A stretch of DNA of 64,000 nucleotides from a virus (IMGVR_UViG_3300047560_002412:64728-128727); one strand, 5' to 3'; numbered from the stretch's first letter, positions 1-10,343 are shown. Notes: generated by a model from the sequence alone, not told the origin. Translations and numbers: made by a program.

Positions 1-276
1 GCAGCTTATAGGGTTAACATTAACATAGTCGGAAAACAAATCAACAATGGATTGATTAAAATTTGTATGTGGGAAAAACATATCCCATCCTGCATTACCA
101 CCATCTTTAATTAATACAAAACCAGCGTCATTCCATTTTTTAGAAACATCACTAATACCCACAATGTCGTCATCACCAGAATGTCGAGGACCCACATATC
201 CCGGAGTTTGATCCGAAAGAGAATCTACAATAGATTGCCAATCAATGAGATTTCCAGTGTTTCCTATATATTTCAT
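1..276 (-). CDS. Partial (runs off window) Fe(II)/2OG oxygenase-like protein, paralog of 273..785
   Basis: Not in ORF track. Manual translation from ATG 276: MKYIGNTGNLIDWQSIVDSL...KWNDAGF...WDMFFPHTNFNQSIVDLFSDYV, which aligns with INWNQVLD...WTEAGY...WINYYPGKHFDQNISDEFSKQV of the neighbour. ATGA overlap with that gene's stop. Confidence 0.7.
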   Translation of the reverse strand, partial: MKYIGNTGNLIDWQSIVDSLSDQTPGYVGPRHSGDDDIVGISDVSKKWNDAGFVLIKDGGNAGWDMFFPHTNFNQSIVDLFSDYVNVNPISC

Positions 277-785
277 TTGTATCCTAAAAAATGATATAGA
301 TAATGGTCTTCAAACCCGCAGTTACTTGATCCATGCCAAGACATAACTTCCGGCCATTCTACTACGGTACCTTGAGGTACCATATAAAAAGATTCTTTAT
401 CAATTAATAAAATTTGTCCATGTGCAGGAGTACCAATATGACAGGTAAATCTTTTTAGGGTTCCTAATTTTAAATATTCTTCCATGCTATCATCGATGTC
501 CTGATGCCACGGTGCATTTTTTCCCGGGCGAACTTTACTAATCCATGATCGAACTTCTGTAAGTCCTACTTGTTTAGAAAACTCATCACTTATATTTTGA
601 TCAAAATGTTTACCGGGATAATAATTAATCCATTCAACTTTTTGTGGAGTATATCCAGCTTCGGTCCACATGGTAATTATTTCATTAAATCTACCATCTG
701 TATTTTGATAAAAAGTTCCACCCATTGATCGAACTTCGCCGTCCTGTGTTTTTATACCGTCTAGCACTTGATTCCAATTTATCAT
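273..785 (-). CDS. Fe(II)/2OG-dependent oxygenase (AspH/cupin-like)
   Basis: HxD motif (PWHQD) and distal His (WHGSSN) in jelly-roll-like spacing. Confidence 0.65.
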   Translation of the reverse strand: MINWNQVLDGIKTQDGEVRSMGGTFYQNTDGRFNEIITMWTEAGYTPQKVEWINYYPGKHFDQNISDEFSKQVGLTEVRSWISKVRPGKNAPWHQDIDDSMEEYLKLGTLKRFTCHIGTPAHGQILLIDKESFYMVPQGTVVEWPEVMSWHGSSNCGFEDHYLYHFLGYK

Positions 786-2809
786 TAGTGTTCCTTTTTA
801 TTACCTTGAATTATTTTCTTTGTTTCAAACGTTCTATTTTTAATATATGTACCATCAGCTACCCGTATAGTATCCATATTTCGAATCATATTAATATATT
901 GATCGGTCCATTTAATTTTTGTATTTGGAATTGTTTTTAAAAGAATACTTCCTTCGATAGGTGGATCTTCTTTAGATTTTCTTTCCTCATATAAATCCCA
1001 ACGATATTTTGTTTCCCACTCGACTTCCTCTGCTGGGTCTTCTCTAAAAGTACTATTCTCAACATAAGTTAATAAATCGTCTAAGGGTTCATCTATATGT
1101 TCTGCTAATTGTTCTCTCAGACTTTTAAATATTTCTTTTCTGGATGAAACCCAACAATATATCAAACCTTCATTAATAGAAAAATCACCTCTCACAGGAC
1201 CAACATTAAACTCTCGCCAAGGTAAATTTTCTCGAGTACCATTAATAATGCTCTCCATATAACCATTTACTGGAGTTTTAAATTTTTCACAATTCCACAT
1301 TGCTGTGTGAATTATTTTATATGAATATCGAGGTAGTATACCTTTCTGATAATTTAAATAATCAACTAACGGTTTAACAAGAAGATTATTAATTAATGGA
1401 ATTTTCATATCGTTCATTAAGAACATTTCTTTCCACTCTTCTTCTGTGTACGAATAACACGAAACCGGTATGTACATAGCATATTGTTTTTTAGGAAATT
1501 GTTTTTTAAAATTTACTATGTACTTTGAATCACTATATTGCTTAAGAAGATCCATAGTTTCCATATTAATACCCGCAAGTTTCATTTGAAATTTTTCAAG
1601 ATATGCAGGGTCTGCTATAGGAGCATCTGGAAGAACATATAATGGTACATGGTGTGACACGGTTTTAATTTTATTAAACACCGCATCTTCAATTTCCATT
1701 TCTTCATAAAATACAGGAATGGTGCTTCCTGGTAAACCAATAATTAATTCAATTAATGTTTCAGCATCGTACTTTTCAATAAAATATTTTGCCAACTCAA
1801 CATTTTCTTCTGCAGGAATATCAAAACGTTCTACATTTTTTAATACTTGAGGATCTATACTCTGTAAACTTACTTGATAAAATTGTAATACTCCGGATTC
1901 AAATAATGGTTCTAATACCGCTTTTTTCTTTTCGACACTAGATTTAGCCAAGCCCATGATCCCAACAAATTTAACATGTTCTTTCATTGCTGCTATCATG
2001 TGTGCTATCTCAACATCTTGTTTTAATATTCCATAATTTGCATCTGTTATGAATACTGATCCTACGCCTAAATCTTTAAAATATGAAAAGTCATTTCTAA
2101 TATTTTCTAAATCTTTGACAATAACTTTTGTTGATGTTCCTCCACCCCATTCACAATACGAACAACTATAAGGACATCCTCTATTTGTTTCATACAATGT
2201 AACTAAAACTCTATCATGTGATTTAGCATATTCTGACCATGCGTAACAAATGTCTAAATTCTTTTCAATCAATCCCCACGGATAGCTAAAATCTTTTTTA
2301 TTTCCTAACGGACCTTTTCCTTTTCTATGGTAACTATTCCTAACGTTATTCCAATTTAAATCACCTTCAATTACACTATCTAACATATCAGTAATAAAAA
2401 ATTCACCATATTCTACTGCTTGACAGGTTGCATCAAAATACGGATGATCCTTAAACCAAAAAATTGGATCTGTATAAGTAGTTCCTTGATTTGGGCCGCC
2501 TAGAACAATCAACGCATTTGGATGTGCTTCTCTAACGGCAAGAGCAATTATTTTAATAATATCCCAACTCCACATATAACTGCTAAACATGTATACGTCT
2601 GCGTTGGCATTAATGGCTTCTTCAACTACATCATCTAACGTTTGACCAGTGTAATCCATCACGGGAGGAATCCATTCCCACTTATCAGAATGTTTTCCGT
2701 GGTCTTCGTAATATCTTTTAAATTCTAACCAAACAAGAGGTAAGAAAAGATAGATGTGCTGCTGAACATCCCATCTAAAGAACCATATTTTTTTCTTAGA
2801 CTCTGTCAT
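785..2809 (-). CDS. Cobalamin-binding radical SAM protein (class B methyltransferase-like)
   Basis: N-terminal B12-binding-like domain (FSSYMWS...IVLGGP...GE), then ETNRGCPYSCSYCEWG (CxxxCxxC), DANYG, GLPG. Confidence 0.85.
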   Translation of the reverse strand: MTESKKKIWFFRWDVQQHIYLFLPLVWLEFKRYYEDHGKHSDKWEWIPPVMDYTGQTLDDVVEEAINANADVYMFSSYMWSWDIIKIIALAVREAHPNALIVLGGPNQGTTYTDPIFWFKDHPYFDATCQAVEYGEFFITDMLDSVIEGDLNWNNVRNSYHRKGKGPLGNKKDFSYPWGLIEKNLDICYAWSEYAKSHDRVLVTLYETNRGCPYSCSYCEWGGGTSTKVIVKDLENIRNDFSYFKDLGVGSVFITDANYGILKQDVEIAHMIAAMKEHVKFVGIMGLAKSSVEKKKAVLEPLFESGVLQFYQVSLQSIDPQVLKNVERFDIPAEENVELAKYFIEKYDAETLIELIIGLPGSTIPVFYEEMEIEDAVFNKIKTVSHHVPLYVLPDAPIADPAYLEKFQMKLAGINMETMDLLKQYSDSKYIVNFKKQFPKKQYAMYIPVSCYSYTEEEWKEMFLMNDMKIPLINNLLVKPLVDYLNYQKGILPRYSYKIIHTAMWNCEKFKTPVNGYMESIINGTRENLPWREFNVGPVRGDFSINEGLIYCWVSSRKEIFKSLREQLAEHIDEPLDDLLTYVENSTFREDPAEEVEWETKYRWDLYEERKSKEDPPIEGSILLKTIPNTKIKWTDQYINMIRNMDTIRVADGTYIKNRTFETKKIIQGNKKEH

Positions 2810-3461
2810 AAATTTTATTATAAATTTTTTCTAAATTTTCCGGCCATTTGCTATAAGTTAATAATCCAGATTTAAAAATAGTTTCGATATTTAACATACC
2901 GTTTTCTTGTGCCTTTGTAAATCTATCAGTATCTAACCCAATCAATCCTAATAATTGGTTATAATCGAGATACGGATAATCTCTTTCAATTGTAGCATAA
3001 AAATCTATTGTTCTCATATTTCCATTATCATCGTAATAATGACTATGCGGATATATTGTTGCTTTTAAATAACCTAAGCTGAACTGATCAAGAATTATAT
3101 TTTCTAAATTTGAATACCAATTAATATTAAGATCGTGGTCTCTATAAACAGAATCATTGCAGGTTTTACCATACCATTTAATAAAAATTTTCTTATCTAT
3201 TATATCAATAACTTCTGGTGCGTATGGACGATCTTTAAATATTTCTAAATATTTTATTTCTCGATTAAAGGCAAATTCAACATGGTCAGCTGTATAAGAA
3301 AGACGTTGTTGATTGAGTTGATAATCACACGGAAAACAAAAATTCATACAGAAAACATCACCTTGAGGACTTACTCTCGGTTCATAACACATTTGGGTAG
3401 TTGTAGGACGAAGTTCTGTTTCGTGTGTCTTGTAATAAAGATTCCAATCTTCAATGTTCAT
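2796..3461 (-). CDS. Protein-kinase-like fold protein with atypical catalytic loop
   Basis: FNREIKYL (alphaC-like Glu), YAPEVID, and IYPHS...GNMRTIDF (DFG-like); canonical HxD-xxxx-N absent. Confidence 0.45.
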   Translation of the reverse strand: MNIEDWNLYYKTHETELRPTTTQMCYEPRVSPQGDVFCMNFCFPCDYQLNQQRLSYTADHVEFAFNREIKYLEIFKDRPYAPEVIDIIDKKIFIKWYGKTCNDSVYRDHDLNINWYSNLENIILDQFSLGYLKATIYPHSHYYDDNGNMRTIDFYATIERDYPYLDYNQLLGLIGLDTDRFTKAQENGMLNIETIFKSGLLTYSKWPENLEKIYNKIYDRV

Positions 3462-3479
3462 CTTTGTTCTCGCATAGGA

Positions 3480-3496
3480 TATTTATAGGCTAATTA
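3480..3496. promoter_or_regulatory. Back-to-back putative late promoters: TATAAATA (- strand, 3480-3487) and TAATTA variant (+, 3491-3496)
   Basis: Exact T4 late consensus TATAAATA upstream of 2796..3461, at a divergent junction. Confidence 0.5.
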
Positions 3497-3513
3497 ATAG
3501 CATAGAACAAGTC

Positions 3514-4905
3514 ATGAAAGATAAAATACAAACATATATTAAAATAGTAGAAGAAAAAACAGGCTCTCCTACTTTTTGTGCATTACCATGGATACACTTA
3601 GCTACTCGCCCAAACGGCGATGCTCGACTATGTTGTGTTACAAATGCATCCGGTGCTCGCACAGGAGACCACGAAGTTGGGCTAGTTAAAAAAGAAAACG
3701 GACAACCTGCAAACTTTGGTAAAGATACTCTATTATCTGCATTCAATAACGAATACATGAAAAGTGTTCGTAAAACTATGATAGAGGGAAAAATTCCTGC
3801 TAGTTGTACCAAATGTTTTGAAGAAGAAAATAACGGAGTTGTTAGCAAACGTCTTTGGGAATTATATGAGTGGAATCGAGACGGGTTGGATTTTCAACAA
3901 TTAATTAAAGATACTTCCGAAGACGGATCAGTACCTCCGATTATTAGATACATGGATCTTAGACTAGGACACACTTGTAATTTAAAATGTGTTATGTGCA
4001 GTCCACATGATAGTAGTCGCTGGTTACAGGACTATGATAAAGTCATGGATGGATTAAAAAGTAAGGTTGTTAAATTTCAATTAAATTTTGAAAAAACAGA
4101 ATTCAATAATACATGGTATGAAAAGCCGGAATTCTGGGAAGAAGTGTTTGAACAAATCCCTAATATTACACAACTTTATTTTGCGGGCGGAGAACCCTTA
4201 ATGATTAAGGAACATCGAAGGTTCCTTGATGAGATTATTAAACGCGGCTACGCTAAAAACATTAGTCTACGTTATAACAGCAATGGTATATTTGTTAATG
4301 AAGATATAATTAATGTCTGGAGTCAATTCAAACAGGTTCGATATGCATTCAGTATAGACGCCTACGGTGATCGAAATCATTATATTAGATTTCCTGCAGA
4401 TTGGAGTGATATAGAACGTAGTTTAAGATTAATGGATGATGCTCCAGATCACATACATTGCGCCATTGCCTGTGCTGTACAAGCATTAAACATCAAACAT
4501 ATTGTTGACTTTGCTAAATGGAAATTGAGTCAAGGGTTTAAAAAGATTAATAAGTTTACACTAGACGAATATCAAACAGGCGGCGGAATTATTAATCTTC
4601 ATTTGTTATACATTCCTACTTTCCTAAGTGCTAGAATTTTACCTAAAGAAGATAAAGAGCAAGTTAGAAAACAATTTGAAGATTTTAAACAATGGCTATG
4701 GGAAAATTATACTCAAGATGATAATTTTTGGAATACTAATCCCTATGGATGGAAGAGATGGGAAGCTATTTTAAAATTTGTAGAAGCAGAGGATCATACA
4801 CATCTGCTCCCCGATTTTATAGATTATATCAATAACCTAGACCAAGTGCGAAACACTAAATTTTCTATTATTTTTCCTGAGCTCTCGCATTTATTTGTCG
4901 AATAA
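3514..4905 (+). CDS. Radical SAM protein with N-terminal SPASM/twitch-like domain (subfamily A)
   Basis: FCALPW...GDARLCC...CTKC, then CNLKCVMC, GGEP, YNSNG, FSID. Confidence 0.9.
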   Translation: MKDKIQTYIKIVEEKTGSPTFCALPWIHLATRPNGDARLCCVTNASGARTGDHEVGLVKKENGQPANFGKDTLLSAFNNEYMKSVRKTMIEGKIPASCTKCFEEENNGVVSKRLWELYEWNRDGLDFQQLIKDTSEDGSVPPIIRYMDLRLGHTCNLKCVMCSPHDSSRWLQDYDKVMDGLKSKVVKFQLNFEKTEFNNTWYEKPEFWEEVFEQIPNITQLYFAGGEPLMIKEHRRFLDEIIKRGYAKNISLRYNSNGIFVNEDIINVWSQFKQVRYAFSIDAYGDRNHYIRFPADWSDIERSLRLMDDAPDHIHCAIACAVQALNIKHIVDFAKWKLSQGFKKINKFTLDEYQTGGGIINLHLLYIPTFLSARILPKEDKEQVRKQFEDFKQWLWENYTQDDNFWNTNPYGWKRWEAILKFVEAEDHTHLLPDFIDYINNLDQVRNTKFSIIFPELSHLFVE

Positions 4906-5629
4906 TTTCATCAGCAAATTTTCTATGCCAACTAATTGATGGACTTACTCCGTCTCTAGCAATATCTGTTTGATCATCAATAGCGTTGCAATACATTTGC
5001 CATGGAACGGTAAAGGTATCAATGTTATGCATCTGACAAACTAATTCCACCATATGTTTATTTTTATCTCTGTTGTACTTACAACTGGTATTGTCTATGC
5101 CCATAAAGTAACCTTTATATGGCGGATCAGAATATGCTGTAACACTTTCGTGAAAGTTATCTAAAAATACTTCGCGCCTTACATCTTGTGGCCACATAAT
5201 AATAGCACTAAGTTTTTTACATCTAGGTAAAAAATAAGGTATTGTACAGGCTACCATTCTTGCAATAGTATCAGGAGATGCTTTGGCAATGGCTAAATTT
5301 AAAATTCTAACATTTGGTATTTCTCTTTCAACTACTCTAAGAAAAACATCATCCTCGGGTATGGCAACACCTGCTGTAGAACTATGTCCGAATCCTAAAA
5401 ACAATTCATCGTACTGATGATACGAGTCTTCAAATTCTTTTTCTCTATAACCTAGACTATTGATCACATACTCAACATCGTCCGTATTATATTTTGCATT
5501 TTCGGGTTTATCGGGACTCTGTGGAAACAGATCATTCCCCCATTTAAAACTAGATCCTGCTACCTTTTTCATAGGACTTGCTGCTACCCATGATGGCGGA
5601 ATGTGTGGATAGAAATATTTGTTAGACAT
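4868..5629 (-). CDS. SGNH/GDSL hydrolase-like protein (catalytic His apparently lost)
   Basis: INSLGYR, GHSSTAG (block I), NLAIAKAS (block II), RDGVSP where DxxHP is expected. Confidence 0.5.
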   Translation of the reverse strand: MSNKYFYPHIPPSWVAASPMKKVAGSSFKWGNDLFPQSPDKPENAKYNTDDVEYVINSLGYREKEFEDSYHQYDELFLGFGHSSTAGVAIPEDDVFLRVVEREIPNVRILNLAIAKASPDTIARMVACTIPYFLPRCKKLSAIIMWPQDVRREVFLDNFHESVTAYSDPPYKGYFMGIDNTSCKYNRDKNKHMVELVCQMHNIDTFTVPWQMYCNAIDDQTDIARDGVSPSISWHRKFADEIIRQINARAQEK

Positions 5630-6518
5630 GTTTTTCCTTTGTTAAAGGTATGTCGGCAGCACAGGTACAATAATCACGAGTACATATAACGGGATCGTTG
5701 GGAACAACAAACGTACCGTGGTATATGTTGCCCAAGCTACCTCCTACTCTACAAGTAGCACGATGTACTTCTCCGTCCCAATTAATCATTAGGCTTTCGA
5801 TACCTGCGCTGCACGACCATCCTTTAAATTGATTCATATGTTTCTTGATAACATCATTAGCATGTATTATTTGACTATCATCTATTCTACAATTTGGTTT
5901 TGCTGTAGCATCTTGTTTTAAAATCCATTCAAGGTCTTTACCGTCATACTTTAGATCATCAAATACATTGTGGTCTCCTTCAGTCCAACGTATTCTGCGT
6001 ACAGCAAATTTAATACCAATGTCGCTAAATGCTTTAACAACATTTCTGACATGATCCATTTTATTATGATGTGCCATTATATTAACAAAAAATTCACGTT
6101 CTGTAGAATCGTAATATTTTAGAATCGTATCAACTATTCTGGTCCATTCATGTTCAAAGTGTAAACTAAAAACAATGTGATTCCAAAACATTTCGTTTTG
6201 TAAATACCATTGATAACCGCGTGTACCGTTGGTTGTTACATTTACCCAAAAGATGTTTTTACGTTTTAGATATTCTAAAAAATCTTCAATATCTGGATGC
6301 ACACAGGGTTCGCCGCCAGTGAGACTAATACGCAAAGGTTTACCCAATTCGCATAACTTATCAACGGTTGCTTCTAAAATGTTTATATCTGTATGAGGGC
6401 TAAAGTTGTCATGAATAGCCGACGGGCAATACGAACAATCGTAATTGCATCTTTTACCAAGATTCCATTCTATTTTAATTTGATCCTGATGTGGCCAGGC
6501 CGAGGTTATTTTTTGCAT
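5622..6518 (-). CDS. Radical SAM protein with C-terminal Cys-rich SPASM/twitch-like domain (subfamily B)
   Basis: CNYDCSYC, TGGEP, TTNG; C-terminal FKGWSC..G.ESL...C...CTRDYCTCAAD. Confidence 0.9.
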   Translation of the reverse strand: MQKITSAWPHQDQIKIEWNLGKRCNYDCSYCPSAIHDNFSPHTDINILEATVDKLCELGKPLRISLTGGEPCVHPDIEDFLEYLKRKNIFWVNVTTNGTRGYQWYLQNEMFWNHIVFSLHFEHEWTRIVDTILKYYDSTEREFFVNIMAHHNKMDHVRNVVKAFSDIGIKFAVRRIRWTEGDHNVFDDLKYDGKDLEWILKQDATAKPNCRIDDSQIIHANDVIKKHMNQFKGWSCSAGIESLMINWDGEVHRATCRVGGSLGNIYHGTFVVPNDPVICTRDYCTCAADIPLTKEKHV

Positions 6519-6520
6519 AT

Positions 6521-6532
6521 ATAATTAATTAT
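6521..6532. promoter_or_regulatory. Palindromic ATAATTAATTAT, possible bidirectional late-type promoter
   Basis: Perfect 12-bp palindrome with two TAATTA (TAAATA variant) in the 31-bp gap between divergent radical SAM genes. Confidence 0.35.
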
Positions 6533-6549
6533 CGTTATAAGATATCCCC

Positions 6550-7479
6550 ATGAAAAAATTAATCAAAATACAACCAGTCAATACAAATAATTTAAGAATT
6601 GACTACATCATGACAACTCAATGTCCTTATAGTTGTCGTTATTGTACACCTACGCTCTATGCAGGTAAACATAAAAAAATCAATGCAGAAACTATTAGTT
6701 TATTTTTGGATAAATTTAAAGATCGAAAGGTTATTATGAATTTAACTGGCGGTGAGTGTACAACTCATCCTCAGTTTGAAGAAATTATTAAAATGCTCTA
6801 CGATAAAAAAATTAACACCATTGTTGATACTAACGGAATTAGAACAAAACGTTGGTGGAAAGAGTATGCTCACATGGTAGCCAATTGGTGCATAAGTTTA
6901 CATCCTAGTCAACTAGAAGAACTAGACATAGAAAAAATTAAAATTGCTGCCGAAGCATCGTTTGTAGTTGTTTATGTATTAATGGATCCTCTATACCTAG
7001 ATAAAGCACTTGACTGGTATGACCAACTGAGCAAGGTAGAAAATATTAGACTTAATGCTTTTAGAGTTTTAGGAGTAGATTATACCGAAGAACAAGAAGA
7101 AATTTTAAAAAGCATGGAAGGGAAATGGAATTTCACTCCTGAAAGACAGGCGGAATTAGAAAAAACACATAGCTGGATGATGGATATGGGAAGTATGGGA
7201 AAATATGATGACGGTACAGAATCATTAATTGACTTCGCAGAAATACTCAGAAACGATCAACACAATTTTAAAGGATGGCTATGTAAGGCAGGAAACGAAT
7301 CTATTGGAATATACGATGACGGTACAGCTATGTGGGCAAGGTGTCGTGTAAGGAAATATGATAACTTCATGGACCTTGATCCAGAAGAATTAAAAATTCC
7401 AATGATCTGTCCGTTAGATAGATGTAATTGTGGTACAGATATTCGTATGTCTAAACAAAGCCCAGACTACATAGAATAA
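6550..7479 (+). CDS. Radical SAM protein (subfamily B)
   Basis: CPYSCRYC, TGGE, DTNG, ISLHP; C-terminal FKGWLCKAG.ESI...C...CPLDRCNCGTD. Confidence 0.88.
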   Translation: MKKLIKIQPVNTNNLRIDYIMTTQCPYSCRYCTPTLYAGKHKKINAETISLFLDKFKDRKVIMNLTGGECTTHPQFEEIIKMLYDKKINTIVDTNGIRTKRWWKEYAHMVANWCISLHPSQLEELDIEKIKIAAEASFVVVYVLMDPLYLDKALDWYDQLSKVENIRLNAFRVLGVDYTEEQEEILKSMEGKWNFTPERQAELEKTHSWMMDMGSMGKYDDGTESLIDFAEILRNDQHNFKGWLCKAGNESIGIYDDGTAMWARCRVRKYDNFMDLDPEELKIPMICPLDRCNCGTDIRMSKQSPDYIE

Positions 7480-8742
7480 TCAAATATATTTTTTAAATTC
7501 GGGAGTCACATCTGTAAAAGATTGATTCCTTGTTTCATCTAATCGTTGATTAAATTCTATACAATCTTTCCAAGAATGGCTTTCATCTTTGGCTATTAGG
7601 AAATTTTGAACACCTTCAATTTGTTTAATAGTAAGGTCTAATAACATTGGATGTTGTTTAACTAGTTTATAATTGAGTATTTTACTTTTTACTGCTTCTA
7701 ATCTATGATATGCAAGAGTTTTTAATTCAGCCGGCAATACTTGGATAGATAATACATCTGGATATTTTACCATATTGGTATAAAATACAATTCCTAAATC
7801 ATTTAAAAAATATTCTATCATTTTATCTAAAATTAACACGTTGCTAACCTGCACAGCAACAGCCCCAACGATGCGACTAATATTAGGAATAGTTTGTATT
7901 TGTTTTATATTATCGATCAGTGTGTTCCAATTGGCATTACCTCTAACATATTCATAACTAGGTCCTATACCGTCAATACTTACATTTACAGCAACAGATT
8001 TAAACTTAGGCCAGTATTCCCAAATAGTTCTATTACCCTTGCCTAACATACTCAAGTTTGTTGCGTACTTAATTTCAATCTGATGACCATATGGTGCAAG
8101 CATATCTAATATGCGATAATGCTGAGGATCCATTAAAGGTTCGCCACCAGCAAACTCTACACGTCTAAAGTGTGGCAAGTTCTTTTCTAAACTAGCCCAC
8201 CAATTTGGATTATCTTCAAACTTGTCTAATAAAGGTTTGCGCTCTAGATTGTGATCCTCTACTAAATCAAAAATAACCTTTCCTGTATCTTTGTAATACT
8301 TTTTTATTACATTCCAATCGTTCCAACTTGTGCTATCTCCTGGGTGACACATGCGGCACTTAAGATTACACAAATTGTTTAATTTTAGTTCCATTGTAGG
8401 TATTTCAAAGGGCATTGTATAATCGTCATTTAAGCGTTTTAAGGCATTGGGGTACAAGTTGACCCTAGCTTCAGGAATTACACCGCTTATATGACGTTGT
8501 CGCAAGGATTCGACGCCCTGATCTTCTAGGCTAAAACACGGTTCGCATTCTGGAGGACGTATGTTAGTAAGTACTGACTTACGAATCCGTTTCATTTCGT
8601 CATTATTCCAAACTTCTTCCAAAGTCTGTTTTTGAATAAAACCTATTGGATGACTTCTACAACATACTTGAATAGCTCCATCCTCTCTGGTAGCAAGGCC
8701 AGTAAATGGATGCATACAAAATGTTTTACTTGTTTCGTTCAA
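7480..8742 (-). CDS. Radical SAM protein with N-terminal SPASM/twitch-like domain (subfamily A)
   Basis: FCMHPF...GAIQVCC...CEPC, CNLKCRMC, GGEP, SIDG. Start moved from 8844 to TTG 8742 by alignment with 3514..4905 and to reduce overlap. Confidence 0.88.
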   Translation of the reverse strand: MNETSKTFCMHPFTGLATREDGAIQVCCRSHPIGFIQKQTLEEVWNNDEMKRIRKSVLTNIRPPECEPCFSLEDQGVESLRQRHISGVIPEARVNLYPNALKRLNDDYTMPFEIPTMELKLNNLCNLKCRMCHPGDSTSWNDWNVIKKYYKDTGKVIFDLVEDHNLERKPLLDKFEDNPNWWASLEKNLPHFRRVEFAGGEPLMDPQHYRILDMLAPYGHQIEIKYATNLSMLGKGNRTIWEYWPKFKSVAVNVSIDGIGPSYEYVRGNANWNTLIDNIKQIQTIPNISRIVGAVAVQVSNVLILDKMIEYFLNDLGIVFYTNMVKYPDVLSIQVLPAELKTLAYHRLEAVKSKILNYKLVKQHPMLLDLTIKQIEGVQNFLIAKDESHSWKDCIEFNQRLDETRNQSFTDVTPEFKKYI

Positions 8743-9460
8743 TTGCCCAGGCCCTTTCTTTACACCAGAAACATTCTCCGCAGGTTGGAATTGTCTGTCC
8801 TGGTGTATATGTTGTATAGTCGATACCGTCAAACTCTCCCTCACAGCTTCGTGTAATGTTTAACAGGTCTTCAAGATCTAATCTTTTGTATTGTTTAATA
8901 ACCCAATCCTTCTCTACGAAACGGAAAGGATGTACGGCCCAACGCCCCATATGCTGCATCAGAACCAAATGTTTATTATTCTCAGTGGGCTCAATATCAC
9001 GTTCATGCATTCCGTTAAATTGTGCAAGTCTTGGATTATGAGTTACCGCATTATAGTATGCAGGTATATTATGTTTATGACAAATAAATTCAGCGTAAGC
9101 ACGTTGTTGAATATTGTCGCCACTTACGTTCTTGCCATACTCATCTGTTAAAGTTGGTCCTATGTTTCCGTATTCTATTTCAGGTGCTATAAAATTAGTG
9201 TGACGAATAAACTTCTTATGATAGTGTCGTTGAAACAACCAGTTATAAACTCTATCAGCATCGTGTTGTTGCCATGGGCGTGTTTTCCACATACGCACAT
9301 GATTGATAATGTGGATGGTAACATTGTCATCGGCATATGAACATAACAAGTGTGCTAGTAATGCAGAGTCTGCACCGCCGCTTACACTAATAGCAATGCT
9401 TGGCCATTTAAAATCAAATGGCAATTCGACGTTGTCTACATTTAATGTATCAAGCTGCAT
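8726..9460 (-). CDS. QueC-like PP-loop ATPase (adenine nucleotide alpha hydrolase family)
   Basis: SVSGGADS PP-loop and TRSC...CGECFWCKER Zn motif; lacks several core QueC motifs. Confidence 0.7.
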   Translation of the reverse strand: MQLDTLNVDNVELPFDFKWPSIAISVSGGADSALLAHLLCSYADDNVTIHIINHVRMWKTRPWQQHDADRVYNWLFQRHYHKKFIRHTNFIAPEIEYGNIGPTLTDEYGKNVSGDNIQQRAYAEFICHKHNIPAYYNAVTHNPRLAQFNGMHERDIEPTENNKHLVLMQHMGRWAVHPFRFVEKDWVIKQYKRLDLEDLLNITRSCEGEFDGIDYTTYTPGQTIPTCGECFWCKERAWAIERNK

Positions 9461-10304
9461 TTTCTAAATACCTTATTAATGGACTAACTCCCACAGGTTG
9501 ATTATTTTTTAAAGCCAGATAAATTGAATTAGTTTGTGTTAAATTAAAATCTTTACACACTTTATAATATTTGTCTCCGTGCGTATTCCACAAATAATCT
9601 GATTCTAAATTGCGAACAAAATGCAAACCTATCATAGCTAAAGCACGATTGTTCATATGAAAATCATTCATAATACTAACACTATCTGCTTTATCATCTC
9701 TAGACCATCTTAAACCTATTCTGTTCCACCCTAAACCAAGACCTTTACTAAGGCTGATGCCAACGGATCTAATAACTTCATTACTAAAATCAAAATTAAT
9801 ATCGCGGCAGCAACTGATCCAAGCACCGTCAATATGTACTTCAATGTTCTTAATTTTGCATTCATGCAAAACTTCCTCCATGTCTTGATGTGGTGCACCA
9901 ACGCTAGGAAACGGCATTGCTATAATTAAAGGAATATCTGGAATTAGCGAGCCCACATCTTTAACATACGCTAATCCTAATCTTTCGTGGTATCTGTAAT
10001 CTCCACGAAGTACTTGTACCGGACCTTTCATATATTGATTGTCTATAAATTGTGTACAACCAATGATAATATTTTTGTAATTAAATGCATCTAAACCTAT
10101 TAATGTGTTTAGTCTAGATTTAAGCAACCAATTTTCACATTCGGTTTTAAAATTTTCATAGACTTTATCAGTAATGTCTTTTTCCAATTTACCATTCAAT
10201 ACTTCTGTGATTAAATTTTCAATTTTATTATCCGACAGAGGTTGCGGTCTTTCAACTTCTAACCATTTTTCATCATATGTTGGTGCTATTTTTATTCTGT
10301 CCAC
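9450..10304 (-). CDS. PLP-dependent fold-type I enzyme (aminotransferase/lyase-like)
   Basis: HIDGAW (PLP Asp) and SLSKGLGLGWNRIG (Schiff-base Lys, SxSK...RxG). Confidence 0.7.
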   Translation of the reverse strand: MDRIKIAPTYDEKWLEVERPQPLSDNKIENLITEVLNGKLEKDITDKVYENFKTECENWLLKSRLNTLIGLDAFNYKNIIIGCTQFIDNQYMKGPVQVLRGDYRYHERLGLAYVKDVGSLIPDIPLIIAMPFPSVGAPHQDMEEVLHECKIKNIEVHIDGAWISCCRDINFDFSNEVIRSVGISLSKGLGLGWNRIGLRWSRDDKADSVSIMNDFHMNNRALAMIGLHFVRNLESDYLWNTHGDKYYKVCKDFNLTQTNSIYLALKNNQPVGVSPLIRYLENAA

Positions 10305-10308
10305 AAGA

Positions 10309-10339
10309 TATTTAACCTAGTAATAGTAGCACATAAATA
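10309..10339. promoter_or_regulatory. Back-to-back TAAATA putative late promoters
   Basis: TAAATA on - strand at 10309-10314 and on + strand at 10334-10339, each 4 nt before a start codon. Confidence 0.5.
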
Positions 10340-10343
10340 TTTC

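Noticed and set aside
5622-7479. Assigning subfamily B radical SAMs as QueE or MoaA
   Set aside because: They carry C-terminal Cys clusters unlike QueE and lack MoaA's C-terminal GG; only generic radical SAM motifs are supportable
8743-8844. N-terminal extension of the 454-aa radical SAM ORF
   Set aside because: Lies inside the QueC-like gene's Cys motif region; similarity to the paralog starts at LNETSKTFC
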